NCBI GenBank assembly: GCA_002452295.1
Contig: DKEX01000092.1
Coordinates: 37 to 64,036 of the forward strand
DNA from: Firmicutes bacterium UBA6811
GTDB taxonomy: Bacteria > Bacillota > SHA-98 > UBA4971
Direction: 5' to 3'
Length of the DNA: 64,000 nucleotides
Part shown: positions 45,586 through 56,710 of the stretch, piece after piece
Position numbering within the stretch: position 1 is the stretch's first letter
Layout: the number at the start of each line of letters is the position of its first letter
The notes under the pieces: generated by a model
Seen by the model: only the letters and a program-made list of their open reading frames with translations
Told to the model about the DNA's origin: nothing
Databases searched by the model: none
Made by a program: the position numbers and the translations under genes

Positions 45586-46794
45586 TCAATCGCGGCCGAC
45601 CCGGAAGAGCGCCCGAAGGAGGTTGCGGGTGGCGCGGAGCACTACCCTGAACACGTTGCCGCGCTTCACCTCCTCCGCCGCCACCAGGTCGACGCGGGCG
45701 ATCTCGGTGCCGTCCTCGAGCTTCGCGACGAGATCCCCGACCTTCTGTCCCTTCTGGACCGGGGCGTTCACCCTGTCGGGAAGGGCCATCTCGCTCCTGA
45801 CCTCGCCCTCCTCGCCCCTGCGCACCACGGCCACCAGGGGGTCCTTCGCGACGACGTCCACCTTCTCCGCCACGCCCCGGGTCACGTCGAGCTGCGCCAT
45901 CACCTGGCCCTCTGAAGCGATCTCCACGCCGGCATAGTGCCTGAACCCGAAGTCGAGGAGGGCCGATGCCTCCTTGAACCGCTGCTGCGAGTCGGCCACG
46001 TTGAGCACGACGGAGATGAGCCTGAGGCCCCCCCTCTTCGCGGTGGCAGCGAGGCAGTAGCCCGCCTCCTCGGTAAAACCGGTCTTGAGGCCGTCGGCGC
46101 CCTCATAGAACTTGACGAGCCTGTTGGTGTTGACCAGGATGTTCTTGCCGCCGCGCACGTAGTCGATCCAGATGGTGAACCACTCGTGGACCTTCGGGTG
46201 GCGGAGGAGGGCGCACGACATGATGGCGATGTCCCGGGCGGTGGTGTAGTGGTCGCGGTGAGGAAGCCCGCTGCAGTTGGCGAAGTAGGTGCCGGTCATT
46301 CCGAGCTCCTGGGCGCGCTGGTTCATCATGTCCACGAAGGCTTCCTCGCTCCCGGCGATATGCTCCGCCACGGCCACGCTTGCGTCGTTCGCCGATACGA
46401 TGGCAATGGCCTTCAGGAGGTCGGCCATGGACATCTCCTCGCCGACCTCGAGCCAGATCTGAGACCCTCCCATCTCCATGGCATGCTCGCTCGTGGCCAC
46501 CATATCGTCCAGGCTGGCTTTCCCCTGCTCTATCGCCTCCATTGCGAGGAGCATGGTCATGATCTTCGTGATGCTGGCAGGCGCCATTCTTTTGTCAGGA
46601 TCCTTCTCGAACAGGACCCTGCCCGAGGTCGCCTCCATGAGGACTGCGGAGCCGGCGGTGATGGGCGTGCTTGGAGCCGGCCCAGGCTGCTTCTCCTGCG
46701 CCGCCACATGGGTCGTGGCACAGGGCCACAAGGAGACTCCAATGACCAGAACGAAGGCGAGGGCAAGGCCCGCCGTTATCCTCCACGTGCGCAC
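45586..46794 (-). CDS. dacF: D-alanyl-D-alanine carboxypeptidase (PBP5 family; DacF by synteny)
   Basis: Signal peptide, then the SITKIMT (SXXK) motif, a SANDA-type SXN box (VSANDAS) and KTGFT. Sits immediately upstream of spoIIAA, as in B. subtilis. Confidence 0.85.
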   Translation of the reverse strand: MRTWRITAGLALAFVLVIGVSLWPCATTHVAAQEKQPGPAPSTPITAGSAVLMEATSGRVLFEKDPDKRMAPASITKIMTMLLAMEAIEQGKASLDDMVATSEHAMEMGGSQIWLEVGEEMSMADLLKAIAIVSANDASVAVAEHIAGSEEAFVDMMNQRAQELGMTGTYFANCSGLPHRDHYTTARDIAIMSCALLRHPKVHEWFTIWIDYVRGGKNILVNTNRLVKFYEGADGLKTGFTEEAGYCLAATAKRGGLRLISVVLNVADSQQRFKEASALLDFGFRHYAGVEIASEGQVMAQLDVTRGVAEKVDVVAKDPLVAVVRRGEEGEVRSEMALPDRVNAPVQKGQKVGDLVAKLEDGTEIARVDLVAAEEVKRGNVFRVVLRATRNLLRALFRVGRD

Positions 46795-46854
46795 TTTCCA
46801 TCCCCTCCCGCACCGTCAGGAACTATCACAGGGCTTCCAATGAGGTACATATTC

Positions 46855-46886
46855 GGGCGGATGCAGGGATATACCCGCATCCGCCC
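46855..46886 (-). terminator. Stem-loop after pdp
   Basis: 10-bp stem GGGCGGATGC / GCATCCGCCC with an inner GGG/CCC extension, ~35 nt past the pdp stop. The U-tract is weak (GAAUAUGUA). Confidence 0.4.
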
Positions 46887-46918
46887 TGAGGGGACTTGCC
46901 ATGGGCCAGCTTCCGCCG

Positions 46919-48226
46919 TCAATCGACGATGATCTCCTTGATGAGCGACGGTGCCTGAGGGGCCTCGCGAGCGATCACATACGCGGACGCCACGAGGCGC
47001 GAGGCCTCGTCGATGCTCGCGGAGCTGTTCGTGTGGAGCGTGGCCAGGGCCTCGCCCTCGCTCACCATGTCGCCGATCTTCTTCTCCACGACGAGACCCG
47101 CCGCCGCATCCACCGGCTCGTCTTTCGTCTTTCGCCCGGCGCCCAGGATCATGGCCGCAACCCCCACCTGCTCCGCGTTGATGGCCGCGACGTAGCCCGC
47201 GGCTGGGCTCGGCACGGCGGCGGTGAGCCTCGCGTGCGGAAGGATGTCGGGGCGCCCGACAACGCTCGAGTCCCCGCCCTGGGCCGCCACGAACTGGGCG
47301 AACTTCGCGAGGGCCGCTCCGCTCTGGAGGAGGCCGACCAGCGTCTCCCTGGCCGCCCGCGCATCCGGGGCCACCCCTCCCAGCACCAGCATCAGCGACC
47401 CCAGGGTGAGGCACAGCTGCACGAGGTCTGGCGGGCCGGACCCGCGCAGCGTGTCGATGGCCTCCCTGACCTCCAGTGCGTTGCCAACTGCGCGCCCGAG
47501 CGGCTGGTTCATGTCGCTCACAACAGCCGCCGCCCTTCGGCCGGCGCCTCTCACGATGTCCACCATGAGCCGCGCAAGGGCGCGAGCGTCATCTTCCGAC
47601 TTCATAAACGCCCCCGTGCCCACCTTGACGTCGAACACGATGGCGTCAGCCCCGCACGCCAGCTTCTTGCTGCATACACTGCTCGCTATGAGAGGCATGC
47701 TGTCAACGGTGGCGGTGACGTCGCGCAGGGCGTACAGCTTCTTGTCGGCCGGCGCCACTGCCGCGGTCTGCCCGACCACGGCTATTCCGATGGAGTTCAC
47801 GTTTCTCACGAAGACGTCCTTTGGCAGATCCACGCGGAACCCCGGGATCGACTCGAGCTTGTCGAGGGTGCCGCCGGTGTGACCCAGCCCGCGGCCGGAC
47901 ATCTTCGCCACGGGAACCCCGGCTGCGGCCACGAGCGGCGCCAGCACGAGGGTGGTCTTGTCCCCCACCCCACCCGTGCTGTGCTTATCCACCTTGACGC
48001 CCCGGATGGGCGCGAGGTCCACACTGTCCCCCGACCGCGCCATGGCGAGCGTGAGGTCGCGCGTCTCGCGAGCTGTCATCCCCTGGAAGAACACGGCCAT
48101 GCACCATGCCGCCATCTGGTAGTCGGGGATCTCGCCGCGCGTAAACCCGTCTATGAGAAAGGCTATCTCCTCCTGCGACAGCTCCTCGCGGCGCCGTTTC
48201 CTGAGGATGACATCGTACGCTCTCAC
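46919..48226 (-). CDS. pdp: Pyrimidine-nucleoside (thymidine) phosphorylase
   Basis: [62 protein letters not shown]. Confidence 0.9.
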   Translation of the reverse strand: MRAYDVILRKRRREELSQEEIAFLIDGFTRGEIPDYQMAAWCMAVFFQGMTARETRDLTLAMARSGDSVDLAPIRGVKVDKHSTGGVGDKTTLVLAPLVAAAGVPVAKMSGRGLGHTGGTLDKLESIPGFRVDLPKDVFVRNVNSIGIAVVGQTAAVAPADKKLYALRDVTATVDSMPLIASSVCSKKLACGADAIVFDVKVGTGAFMKSEDDARALARLMVDIVRGAGRRAAAVVSDMNQPLGRAVGNALEVREAIDTLRGSGPPDLVQLCLTLGSLMLVLGGVAPDARAARETLVGLLQSGAALAKFAQFVAAQGGDSSVVGRPDILPHARLTAAVPSPAAGYVAAINAEQVGVAAMILGAGRKTKDEPVDAAAGLVVEKKIGDMVSEGEALATLHTNSSASIDEASRLVASAYVIAREAPQAPSLIKEIIVD

Positions 48227-49146
48227 TTCGAGCCCCTCTTTTCCGCGCCTCGCGCGCCTTTAGCCCGTGGGTGGGCGCTATCGTATATCTCTTTGAGTTT
48301 TCCCCTGGCGAGGTGGGTGTAGACCTGGGTGGTGGATATGTCAACGTGCCCCAGCATCTCCTGGACCGACCGAAGGTCGGCGCCGTTCTCGAGGAGATGG
48401 GTCGCAAAGCAGTGGCGCAGCGTGTGGGGGGTCACGTCCTTCTCGATACCGGCCTTCGCCGCGTAGGCCTTGATGATCTTCCAGAACCCCTGCCTCGTCA
48501 TCCTCCTGCCGCGCTGGTTCACGAAGAGGGCGTTCTCGGCGCGGCTTCTCACCAGATTCGACCTGGACGCGCGGAGGTATATCTCGACCCATCCTGACGC
48601 CACGCGCCCCACGGGCACGATCCTCTCCTTGGACCCCTTCCCGAGGCACCTCACGTAGCCCATCTCCACGTTCAGGTCGCCCATGTCCAGCGAGACGAGC
48701 TCGGACACGCGCATGCCGGTGGCATAGAGCACCTCCAGCATGGCCCTGTCCCGTACCCCCGCCGGGGTTTGCGGGCTCGGCATCTCGAGGAGCCGCCCGA
48801 CCTCATCCAGGCTGAGCACCCCTGGCAGGCGCTTCTCCTGTTTGGGCGATCCCAGGTTCACCGTGGGGTCGCGCCGGATCTTGCCCTCGCGGTCGAGGAA
48901 TCTGTAAAGGCCGCGGATGGCGGCAAGCTGCCGGCAGATGCTCGACGTGGCCTTGCCCTGCCGCCTCAGGTGGGCGAGGTAAGCCATAATGGTGTCCTGG
49001 GTGACTTCACCGATGTCGGCGCCGCCTCCGGATTCCTCCACGAACCTCGCGAACTGGACGAGGTCCCTGGCGTACGACTCGATGCTGTTCTGGGCAAGCC
49101 CCCGTTCCACCCCGAGGTATGCGAGGAACTCATCTACAAGGACCAC
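48223..49146 (-). CDS. xerD: Site-specific tyrosine recombinase XerD (RipX-like)
   Basis: [26 protein letters not shown] at the N-terminus, with catalytic-region residues (R in [35 protein letters not shown]). GTG at 49146 has GGAGG 9 nt upstream. Confidence 0.85.
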   Translation of the reverse strand: MVLVDEFLAYLGVERGLAQNSIESYARDLVQFARFVEESGGGADIGEVTQDTIMAYLAHLRRQGKATSSICRQLAAIRGLYRFLDREGKIRRDPTVNLGSPKQEKRLPGVLSLDEVGRLLEMPSPQTPAGVRDRAMLEVLYATGMRVSELVSLDMGDLNVEMGYVRCLGKGSKERIVPVGRVASGWVEIYLRASRSNLVRSRAENALFVNQRGRRMTRQGFWKIIKAYAAKAGIEKDVTPHTLRHCFATHLLENGADLRSVQEMLGHVDISTTQVYTHLARGKLKEIYDSAHPRAKGARGAEKRGSK

Positions 49147-49270
49147 GCCGCCCCGCCTCCGCCGCCGGACGAATCCAGAGCTACCATGCTGTCCCGCTGT
49201 TTCCAGTATAGCACGGCAGAGCAGCGCCTGCAATTTCGCACCCGCGCCGCCTCGGGTCGCCGGAGGTAGC

Positions 49271-49915
49271 TCACAACAGATACTTTGATGCCAGCCTGAT
49301 GAAGACCGGGGCCACGTAAGTCTCCACCGCGCTCCCGAGGATGAGAAGCAGCGCGGCGCCTGCGGAAACGATGACAGTGAAGAGGAACTGCGGGTATATC
49401 GGCACGCGCCTGTGGCTCAGCCTGTCCTGGGCGAGGGCCACTGCGAATGCGAGCGACACCTCGCATCCGGCGAGTATCGCGGGGATGATGAAGATGTTCT
49501 GGGGAAGCACCGACACCGCAGCCAGCACGATGCCTCTTGCGGCCATCTCGTCGACGAGGAAGCCCACGGTGAAGCCGATGATGAACCCGCGGAGAAACAG
49601 GAGCACCAGGATGCCGGGCGACCCTATGACCGAAAGGCCCAGCACCAGGGCGAGGAGGACGGTCTTGAGATTGTTGTAGAGCGCCTGCCGCGACGACGGC
49701 GCAGCACCGCCTGTTTGCCCTGGGCCGCCGAAGCCGCGGAAGAACACCATGAGGTCCTCGGCAAGCTCGGCCTTCTGGCTCTCAGGAAGCACCTTCACCG
49801 AAAGCGAACCGAAGATGACGCCCATCAGGAAGATGAGCATGACCAGGACGAGGACGGGTAGATGCCGCCTCAGGGAATCGCCGGAAGGCACCAAGGACCG
49901 CGAATCGTCCAGCAT
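49271..49915 (-). CDS. spoIIM: Stage II sporulation protein M
   Basis: 214 aa, five TM segments, adjacent to xerD as in Bacillus. ATG with GAAGGAGGA 7 nt upstream. Confidence 0.8.
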   Translation of the reverse strand: MLDDSRSLVPSGDSLRRHLPVLVLVMLIFLMGVIFGSLSVKVLPESQKAELAEDLMVFFRGFGGPGQTGGAAPSSRQALYNNLKTVLLALVLGLSVIGSPGILVLLFLRGFIIGFTVGFLVDEMAARGIVLAAVSVLPQNIFIIPAILAGCEVSLAFAVALAQDRLSHRRVPIYPQFLFTVIVSAGAALLLILGSAVETYVAPVFIRLASKYLL

Positions 49916-50045
49916 CGCACGATCCTCCTTCGGACCACCTCCTTAGATATGTATGTCCACCCTCGTTGCGATATTCCCGGTGCGCGAAGCGGCGCCCTTG
50001 ACCCGACCCCGGACGTCCCAAAGGGGCAAAAGGCAACCAGTGGAA

Positions 50046-50165
50046 GCACTCCCTTGCTATGTTCCCAAAGGTTAGGTTCCTGGCGCCGGACACTTTCACA
50101 GGGCGCCCGCGGCTATCGCGGCCGATGTGAACATGAAGGTCCACGAAGAACCGCTTCAACTCCAC
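50046..50165 (-). pseudogene. N-terminal remnant (~40 codons) of an endonuclease Q / TIGR00375-like PHP-domain gene
   Basis: ELKRFFVDLHVHIGRDSRGRPVKVSGARNLTFGNIARE resembles the conserved N-terminus (ADLHIHIGR...G.PVKI....LT) recalled for this family. Beyond that the frame is non-coding-like and runs into the spoIIM RBS. Only 250 bp are available between nudF and spoIIM. Confidence 0.4.
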
Positions 50166-50711
50166 CTAGATAATCCCCCTCGACATCGCCACGAATAGCC
50201 CGAGGAGGGTCTTGCCATCGCGGATCTCTCCCCTCGCTATCATCTCATCCAGCCCGGCGCGGGGCACCCGCCTGGTCTCGATGATCTCATCCTCCTCCGG
50301 CCTATCCTCTCCCGCAGTAAGGCCCCTCGCGAAGAAAAGGTGCAGCACCTCGTCGCAGAACCCAGGGGACGTGTAGAACGGCACAACCTCCTCGAGGACC
50401 GCCGCCCGGTAGCCGGTTTCTTCCTCGAGCTCGCGCGCGGCGCACTCGCGCGGGTCCTCGCCCGGGTCGAGCTTTCCGGCGGGGATCTCCCAGAGGGCCG
50501 ACCGGACCGGGTACCTGTATTGCCGGACGAGGATCACCGAACCGTCGCGGTCCACCGCCACCACCGCGACCCCGCCCGGGTGCTCCACCACCTCGCGACG
50601 CGAGCGCTTGCCCGAGGGAAGCTCGACATCGTCAACGCGCAAGGTGAGGATGCTCCCCCGATACACCACCCTTGAACCCACCTGTCTCTCCACAAGGTGC
50701 GACTCGTCCAA
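50166..50711 (-). CDS. nudF: ADP-ribose pyrophosphatase (NUDIX hydrolase, NudF-like)
   Basis: NUDIX box GKLDPGEDPRECAARELEEETGY. N-terminal part VYRGSILTLRVDDVELPSGKRSRREVVEHPG. TTG at 50711 has GGGGGG 7 nt upstream (alternative ATG 50744). Confidence 0.8.
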   Translation of the reverse strand: MDESHLVERQVGSRVVYRGSILTLRVDDVELPSGKRSRREVVEHPGGVAVVAVDRDGSVILVRQYRYPVRSALWEIPAGKLDPGEDPRECAARELEEETGYRAAVLEEVVPFYTSPGFCDEVLHLFFARGLTAGEDRPEEDEIIETRRVPRAGLDEMIARGEIRDGKTLLGLFVAMSRGII

Positions 50712-50991
50712 TGTGAATCCCCCCGAATTACAGGCCGATGGCATCAGACGGCCCGAAGGTGCGTATCCTGTTATCGGATTGGGTATGGGTTCACGAGTCC
50801 GCTCCAGCTTACCAACCGGTCCAGGATTCCCGGTGCTCGCACTTTTCCAGGGCGCCGCACTCGAGGCACCGCTGCACCGCCCCCGCAGTGCAACACCGCG
50901 AACTCCTCGGAAAGCGGCGGTCGTCTCTGAACTCACCACTGGGAGGTATGTCGGGGCATGAACATAGTTGTGCAAAGACGCGCTATCTGGA

Positions 50992-52227
50992 TCACGGGGA
51001 AACCCCGCGAGATCCTCCGGGCCCTGGCCCTTCTTTCCAGGGACTACGCCACTCTCGGCGATCTACTCTCATCCCTGGACAACCGGTGATCTGCGACCGC
51101 CACTCCCTCCCGCAGGTCATGATGGCCTTTGCCTCCGCCTTGCGTGTCGCGAACGCGACCCTGCCTGCCAGCGCGCCCGCTGCGCCCGCCGCCAGGAAGA
51201 AGGCGGGGTCCTCATCCGGTCCCCGCCCCATCGTGCTGACGCGGATGCCCTCGCGCCTGAGCCTCTCTACGGCGGGACGCCCGTCCTCAACGAGGACGAC
51301 GTGCCGCCGGTCTATCCCGTCCTCGGCAAGCTGAAGCCTCGGGCGGCGCCACTCACCGCGGTCTAGCTCCGGCAGGACTACGAGGCACCTTGCCAGGGCC
51401 ACCCTGGAAAGGACTGTGAGAGTGTGATGGCTCACCCCAAAGTGCCTCGCCCGCCCGTCGGAAAGGCTCACCCGCGGCGCGATTACCGGGGTTCCTCCCA
51501 GAGAATACGCCGCGTTGGCCGCTTCCCCCTGCTGGATCCCCGAAAACCCGTACTTCGTCCCGGTCCCGGCCTGCCCGGGGCCCATCGCGACGATGATGGC
51601 GTCGCCCTGCGCGCACGCCCGCGCCGCGGCGAGGGCCGAGTAGAGGCTCACCGCCTCGAGGTCCCCGCCGAACGCGTGGCCGCAGGTGATGACGGAGTCG
51701 AGAAGGCCCTTTTCGCGCAGCTCGGGCACGAGCCTGCTGTACGCAAGGGGCAGGGCTCCGCCATCTGTCATCACGTACACGACCCGCATCCTGTCGCCGG
51801 CGGTCTCCTTTATCCCGGCGGCGACTGGCGCTATCATGCTGTGGAGCTCGCAGGCCACTACGGGGGCGCCCTCCAGCGACGAAAAGGCCTCCACCGCCTC
51901 CCGGTAAGGGCTTGCCTCCTCCTCCACGGCGAGGCACCGGACCTGCACCGGTGTGTAGCGGACCTTAATTATGTGGCCCGGGCCCGGCCCCATGTCAAGA
52001 CCCTCCCTGCCAGCCACCCACATGACGAAATGGTGGCCTCCAGTGCCGAGGCCGAGTTCGACCGCGGTGGTGTTCAGGACGACCTCATCGCCCGGCGCGC
52101 ACGGGCCGGTCAGCGCCTCGTAGCATAAAGCCTCGGCTGCCTTCCCCTCGCACACGACGTCGGCCTTCACCACACCCGGACCGAACGGCGTCACCGATTT
52201 CACCACGCCCGTCCTCACCCTTATCAT
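50992..52227 (-). CDS. DUF3866 family protein
   Basis: VVLNTTAVELGLGTGGHHFVMW...HIIKVRYTPVQV...ELHSMIAPVAAGIK pattern recalled for DUF3866. Start set at the ATG at 52227 (MIRVRTG). Confidence 0.7.
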   Translation of the reverse strand: MIRVRTGVVKSVTPFGPGVVKADVVCEGKAAEALCYEALTGPCAPGDEVVLNTTAVELGLGTGGHHFVMWVAGREGLDMGPGPGHIIKVRYTPVQVRCLAVEEEASPYREAVEAFSSLEGAPVVACELHSMIAPVAAGIKETAGDRMRVVYVMTDGGALPLAYSRLVPELREKGLLDSVITCGHAFGGDLEAVSLYSALAAARACAQGDAIIVAMGPGQAGTGTKYGFSGIQQGEAANAAYSLGGTPVIAPRVSLSDGRARHFGVSHHTLTVLSRVALARCLVVLPELDRGEWRRPRLQLAEDGIDRRHVVLVEDGRPAVERLRREGIRVSTMGRGPDEDPAFFLAAGAAGALAGRVAFATRKAEAKAIMTCGREWRSQITGCPGMRVDRREWRSPWKEGPGPGGSRGVSP

Positions 52228-52344
52228 CACCGCGCCGCCAGCGAACCTCCTTGCAGGGATACGCCGTTCTCTGTCGTATCTCGCATTAGAATATGTTCCC
52301 CGCTCCGGGGGCAGCATACTCTCTGGCAGCCAGGGGGAATCGGC

Positions 52345-52959
52345 ATGAGCAGGTGGCAGTTCTGGATCGCTATCTTCATCGCCCTCGCGCTCGCAGGATG
52401 GTCGGTGGGAGTGACCACGAGGGTCACCCGCGACCTTACGCGCGTGGAAAAGGACCTCGACCGCGCATTTCAGGACCTCGCGGCCCTGTCAAAGCGCGTC
52501 TCCGAGATGAAGGCCGCCGTCCCGCCGCCCCGCCCCGCCGCCGAGGTGACCGTGTATTACGGGCGGACCACACTGACCGACTCCTATCTCGTCCCGGTCA
52601 GGGCAACGGTACCTGCGGGGACCGATGCCATGCGTGGGGCGCTGGAGCTTCTCGTGAGGGGACCTGCGCCTGAAACGGGCCTCGAGAGGCTCATTCCAGA
52701 GGGGACACGGGTGCTCGGCGCCAGCACGAGCGGAGATCTCGCCACCGCCGACTTCTCGAGCGAGATCCGCACCCGCTTCCCCGGCGGCAGCCGCACCGAG
52801 GAGCTTTTGGTCTGGTCCATCGTGAACACCCTCACGGAGTTCCCGGGGATTGCGAAGGTGCAGATCCTGGTGGACGGCAAAAGAGAGGAGAGCATCGGCG
52901 GCCACGTGGGCATCGATGCTCCCCTGGAGAGAAACCCTGGGCTCGTAAAGCCGCAATAG
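52345..52959 (+). CDS. GerM-domain (sporulation/germination) lipoprotein-like protein
   Basis: N-terminal TM/signal, then VTVYYGRTTLTDSYLVPVRATVPAGTDAMRGALELLVRGP...LVWSIVNTLTEFPGIAKVQILVDGK. Confidence 0.75.
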   Translation: MSRWQFWIAIFIALALAGWSVGVTTRVTRDLTRVEKDLDRAFQDLAALSKRVSEMKAAVPPPRPAAEVTVYYGRTTLTDSYLVPVRATVPAGTDAMRGALELLVRGPAPETGLERLIPEGTRVLGASTSGDLATADFSSEIRTRFPGGSRTEELLVWSIVNTLTEFPGIAKVQILVDGKREESIGGHVGIDAPLERNPGLVKPQ

Positions 52960-52968
52960 GCCCAAGTC

Positions 52969-53520
52969 TCATCCGGCCTTCAGCGCCGCGGCAAGCTCCA
53001 TTCCCCTTGCGAGGGCCTTCTGGTTGAGCGGGATCAGGCCGTGGCGGCGCTCAGGCAGCACCTTCTTCAAGGCCTGGAGCACCGTGTCCACGCTCACGAC
53101 CCCGGTTGCGCCCAGGAACGCCCCGAGCGCGACCATGTTCGCAACCCGCACGTCTCCCAGTTCGTTGGCGATCTCGTTCGCCGGCACGGCGAGCACCCTG
53201 ACGTCGTTCCTCGCCGGCTCTACGTCAACGAGCGAGCTGTTGTAGATGATGAGCCCGCCCTGCCTCACCATCCCCTGGAACTTCTCGAGCGACGGCCTGT
53301 TCATCGCCACCACACTCGTGGGCTCGCTCACGAGGGGCGAGGCGATCTCCTCCTTTGACACGACCACCCCGCAGTTTGCGGTGCCGCCGCGCATCTCCGG
53401 GCCGTACGAGGGCATCCACGTCACGTTTCGGCCCTCCATCATCCCGGCGTAGGTGACGAGCTGCCCCATGAGAAGCACTCCCTGGCCCCCGAACCCTGCG
53501 AAAACGACCTCCTCGTGCAT
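52969..53520 (-). CDS. 2-oxoacid:ferredoxin oxidoreductase, gamma subunit
   Basis: FAGFGGQGVLLMGQLVTYAGMMEGRNVTWMPSYGPEMRGGTANC. ATG at 53520, 2 nt after the beta-subunit stop. Confidence 0.85.
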   Translation of the reverse strand: MHEEVVFAGFGGQGVLLMGQLVTYAGMMEGRNVTWMPSYGPEMRGGTANCGVVVSKEEIASPLVSEPTSVVAMNRPSLEKFQGMVRQGGLIIYNSSLVDVEPARNDVRVLAVPANEIANELGDVRVANMVALGAFLGATGVVSVDTVLQALKKVLPERRHGLIPLNQKALARGMELAAALKAG

Positions 53521-53522
53521 GG

Positions 53523-54269
53523 CTAGCCCACCTCCGGAACCCTGGTGTAATCCCCAAGCGGGTAGTACACGGCCATCTTGTCGTCCACCCACTTGAGGGC
53601 CTCGATGGGGGTCATTCCCCAGTTCGTGGGGCACGTGGACAGGAACTCCACAAGGCTGAAGCCTTTCCCCTCGAGCTGCACCTCGAACGCCTTCTTGAGG
53701 GCGCGCCTCGCCTTGGCGACGTTGGCGGGGCTCGTCACGGATACCCGGGCTATATAGCCGACCCCTGAGAGCGACGAGAGAAGCTCGCAAACCCTCACGG
53801 GATGGCCGGCCGTCTCGGGGTCGCGCCCCCTAGGAGAGGTGGTGGTCTTCTGCCCCGGGAGGCTCGTGGGGGCCATCTGCCCGCCGGTCATGCCGTATAT
53901 GGCGTTGTTCACAAAGATGACCGTGATCTTCTCGCCCCTCGAGGCCGCGTGCACTATCTCGCCCGCGCCTATGGAGGCGAGGTCTCCATCCCCTTGATAG
54001 GTAAACACTACGGAGCCCGGCGAGGCACGCTTGATCCCGGTGGCCACCGCGGGCGCCCTGCCGTGGGAGGCCTCGACGAAGTCGCAGTTGAAATAGTCAT
54101 ATGCCAGCACCGCGCAGCCCACAGGCGAGATGCCCACGGTGCGCTCGCGCACACCGAGCTCGTCGATGACCTCGGCGATAAGCCGGTGGATGATGCCGTG
54201 GGTGCACCCAGGGCAGTAGTGAGTCGGCACGTCGGCCAGGGCCTCGGGCCGCCCGAACACCTTTTGCAT
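53523..54269 (-). CDS. 2-oxoacid:ferredoxin oxidoreductase, beta (TPP-binding) subunit
   Basis: [37 protein letters not shown]. Confidence 0.9.
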   Translation of the reverse strand: MQKVFGRPEALADVPTHYCPGCTHGIIHRLIAEVIDELGVRERTVGISPVGCAVLAYDYFNCDFVEASHGRAPAVATGIKRASPGSVVFTYQGDGDLASIGAGEIVHAASRGEKITVIFVNNAIYGMTGGQMAPTSLPGQKTTTSPRGRDPETAGHPVRVCELLSSLSGVGYIARVSVTSPANVAKARRALKKAFEVQLEGKGFSLVEFLSTCPTNWGMTPIEALKWVDDKMAVYYPLGDYTRVPEVG

Positions 54270-54272
54270 CCA

Positions 54273-55334
54273 TTACGCCCCCCTCTCCACGATCTTGACG
54301 ATCTCGTCCAGAATCTCCCTGGGCGAGGGGGTCATTCCGCCGGTGCGCCCGTAGAAGTGCACCGGTTTCGTCTCGCCGAGGGAAAGCCTCACATCCTCCA
54401 CCATCTGGCCGAGGCTCATCTCTACCACCAGCACGTGCGCGGCCCCGGTGGTCGCGGCGGCCAGCGCGTCATACGGGAACGGCCACAGGCTTATCGGCCT
54501 GAAGAGACCCACCTTAAGCTCTCGCTCCCTCGCCCTGTCCAGCGCGGCCCGGGCGATCCGGGCGGTGGTGCCGTAGGCCACCAGCACCACATCGGCGTCC
54601 TCCGTCATGTATGCGCTGTAGCGAACCTGCTCCGCCGCCATGCGTCCATACTTCTCGGCCAGGTGGAGGTTGTGCTTCTCCAGCTTCGCCGGGTCGAGGT
54701 AGAGCGACGTTATGATGTTCTTCTGCCGCCCCGCCGCGCCCATGGTGGCCCAGGTCTTCGGCGGGAGATCTCGCTTCGGCCGCTCGCGCATCTCCACCGG
54801 CTCCATCATCTGGCCAAGGATCGCGTCCCCGAGGACCATGACGGGGTTGCGATAAAGGTCGGCGAGGTCGAACCCCTCCATGGTGAGGTCCACAAGCTCC
54901 TGTACGGTGGACGGGCCGAGCACCAGGAGGCGGTAGTCACCGTGGCCGCCCCCCTTCGTCGCCTGGAAGTAGTCTGATTGCGCTCCCTGTATGCCCCCGA
55001 GCCCCGGGCCGCCGCGGACGATGTTCACCACGACGCAGGGAAGCTCGGCCCCGGCCATGTACGAGATCGCTTCCTGCATGAGGCTGATACCCGGGCTGGA
55101 CGATGTCGTCATGACCCGCGCACCCGCGCACGCGGCACCGTAAACCATGTTGCTCCCGGCGACCTCGCTCTCGGCCTGCAGGAACACGCCTCCCACTTCG
55201 GGCATGCGCCTTGACATGTATTCGGGTATCTCGTTCTGGGGGGTTATCGGGTACCCGAAGAAACACCTGCATCCGGCCATTATGGCGGCCTCGGCCACAG
55301 CCTCGTTCCCTTTCATCAGGACCTTCTCTGCCAT
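54273..55334 (-). CDS. 2-oxoacid:ferredoxin oxidoreductase, alpha subunit (VorB/KorA-like)
   Basis: [46 protein letters not shown]. Confidence 0.9.
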   Translation of the reverse strand: MAEKVLMKGNEAVAEAAIMAGCRCFFGYPITPQNEIPEYMSRRMPEVGGVFLQAESEVAGSNMVYGAACAGARVMTTSSSPGISLMQEAISYMAGAELPCVVVNIVRGGPGLGGIQGAQSDYFQATKGGGHGDYRLLVLGPSTVQELVDLTMEGFDLADLYRNPVMVLGDAILGQMMEPVEMRERPKRDLPPKTWATMGAAGRQKNIITSLYLDPAKLEKHNLHLAEKYGRMAAEQVRYSAYMTEDADVVLVAYGTTARIARAALDRARERELKVGLFRPISLWPFPYDALAAATTGAAHVLVVEMSLGQMVEDVRLSLGETKPVHFYGRTGGMTPSPREILDEIVKIVERGA

Positions 55335-55349
55335 GCGTACCCTCCCTCC

Positions 55350-55553
55350 CTACCTGTATACTTCGATCGCCACTTCAGGGCACATCCGGGCGCATGCGGT
55401 GCACGCGTTGCACCGCTCCTCGTCGGTGATGGACGCCGGATGAAACCCCTTGCTGTTGAAGTGCTCAGCCATGGTCAGGATCTTCCTGGGACAGAAGGTC
55501 ACGCACAGCTGGCACCCCTTGCACCTCTCCTCGTTGAACACGACCTTCGCCAT
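55350..55553 (-). CDS. 4Fe-4S ferredoxin-type delta subunit of the 2-oxoacid:ferredoxin oxidoreductase
   Basis: 67 aa with two CxxCxxCxxxCP-type motifs (CKGCQLCVTFCP, CNACTACARMCP). Confidence 0.85.
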   Translation of the reverse strand: MAKVVFNEERCKGCQLCVTFCPRKILTMAEHFNSKGFHPASITDEERCNACTACARMCPEVAIEVYR

Positions 55554-55566
55554 ATCACCAAGCCTC

Positions 55567-56688
55567 CTACGTGTACGCCCTGGCTTCCTCGCCCCGCAGA
55601 ACGCGGAGGCACGCCCCGGCCAGCGCCTGCATCTCGTTCTCGCCTGGATACACCATCACAGGGGCGATGTAGTCGACCCGATCCGAGATCCATCCCACCA
55701 GGCGGCGCGAGTGCGCAAGGCCCCCTGTGAGGACTATAGCATCGATGTCCCCAGAAAGCACTGCCGCGTATGCCCCTATCTCCTTTGCCACCTGGTAGGC
55801 CATGGCCTCATAGACCAGCCTCGCATGCTCGTCACCCGCGTCGATGCGCCGCTCGACCTCCACGGCGTCGCTCGTCCCGAGGTGTGCCACGAGTCCGCCC
55901 CCGCCGACGAGCTTCTTCATCATGTCATCCTCGCCGTATTTGCCCGAGAAACACAGGCCCACCACGCCGAGGGCGGGAAGCGCTCCCGCCCGCTCGGGGG
56001 TGAACGGCCCCTCGCCGTCAAGCCCGTTGCTTACGTCGACAACCCGTCCCTTGAGGTGCGCGCCGACGGTGATCCCGCCTCCCAGGTGCGCCACGACGAG
56101 GTTCACGTCCTCGTAGCGGCTGCCCATGTCCTTCGCGGCCTGCCTTGCCACGGCCTTCTGGTTGAGAGCGTGGAAAATGCTCCGCCGCGGTATGTCGGGA
56201 AGCCCCGATAGCCTCGCCACGGGCCACATTTCGTCCACGACGATGGGGTCGGCGATGTACGCGCGCACCCCGGGCCCCGCACGCACCGCGATCTCCCGCG
56301 CGAGGGGCGCCCCCAGGTTCGACGCGTGGGGCACCGAGCGGCCGTCGATGAGGTCGTGCACCATCTCGTCGTTTACCTCGTACACCCCACCCTCGACCGG
56401 TTTCAAGAGTCCCCCGCGCCCGATGACCGCTCGAAGCGCGCCCAGAGGCTCTCCGTGCCTTTCCAGCGCCTGGAGGATGGCATCGAGCCTCAACTGGTAC
56501 TGGTCAAGGACACCGCCGAACTTCGCCAGCTCTCCGCTATCATGGGATATCGTCTCCTGGAAGACCACGTCGTCGTCGAGGTACACGGCGATCTTGGTTG
56601 ACGTGGACCCGGGGTTTATCACAAGGATCCGAAAACCATCGCATCGCTCCTGCTTCGCCGCCGGCATGCCGCTTCCGCTGCAGGTCAT
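55567..56688 (-). CDS. buk: Butyrate (branched-chain fatty acid) kinase, copy 1
   Basis: [39 protein letters not shown] at 56688 has AAGGGG 9 nt upstream. Confidence 0.9.
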   Translation of the reverse strand: MTCSGSGMPAAKQERCDGFRILVINPGSTSTKIAVYLDDDVVFQETISHDSGELAKFGGVLDQYQLRLDAILQALERHGEPLGALRAVIGRGGLLKPVEGGVYEVNDEMVHDLIDGRSVPHASNLGAPLAREIAVRAGPGVRAYIADPIVVDEMWPVARLSGLPDIPRRSIFHALNQKAVARQAAKDMGSRYEDVNLVVAHLGGGITVGAHLKGRVVDVSNGLDGEGPFTPERAGALPALGVVGLCFSGKYGEDDMMKKLVGGGGLVAHLGTSDAVEVERRIDAGDEHARLVYEAMAYQVAKEIGAYAAVLSGDIDAIVLTGGLAHSRRLVGWISDRVDYIAPVMVYPGENEMQALAGACLRVLRGEEARAYT

Positions 56689-56710
56689 GAGCCACGTCCC
56701 CTTTTCGTTT

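Noticed and set aside
52228-52344. Sigma-E-like -10 (CATACTCT) upstream of the GerM-domain gene
   Set aside because: The nearest ATA-type -35 is about 21 nt away, outside the 16-18 nt spacing. Not supported.
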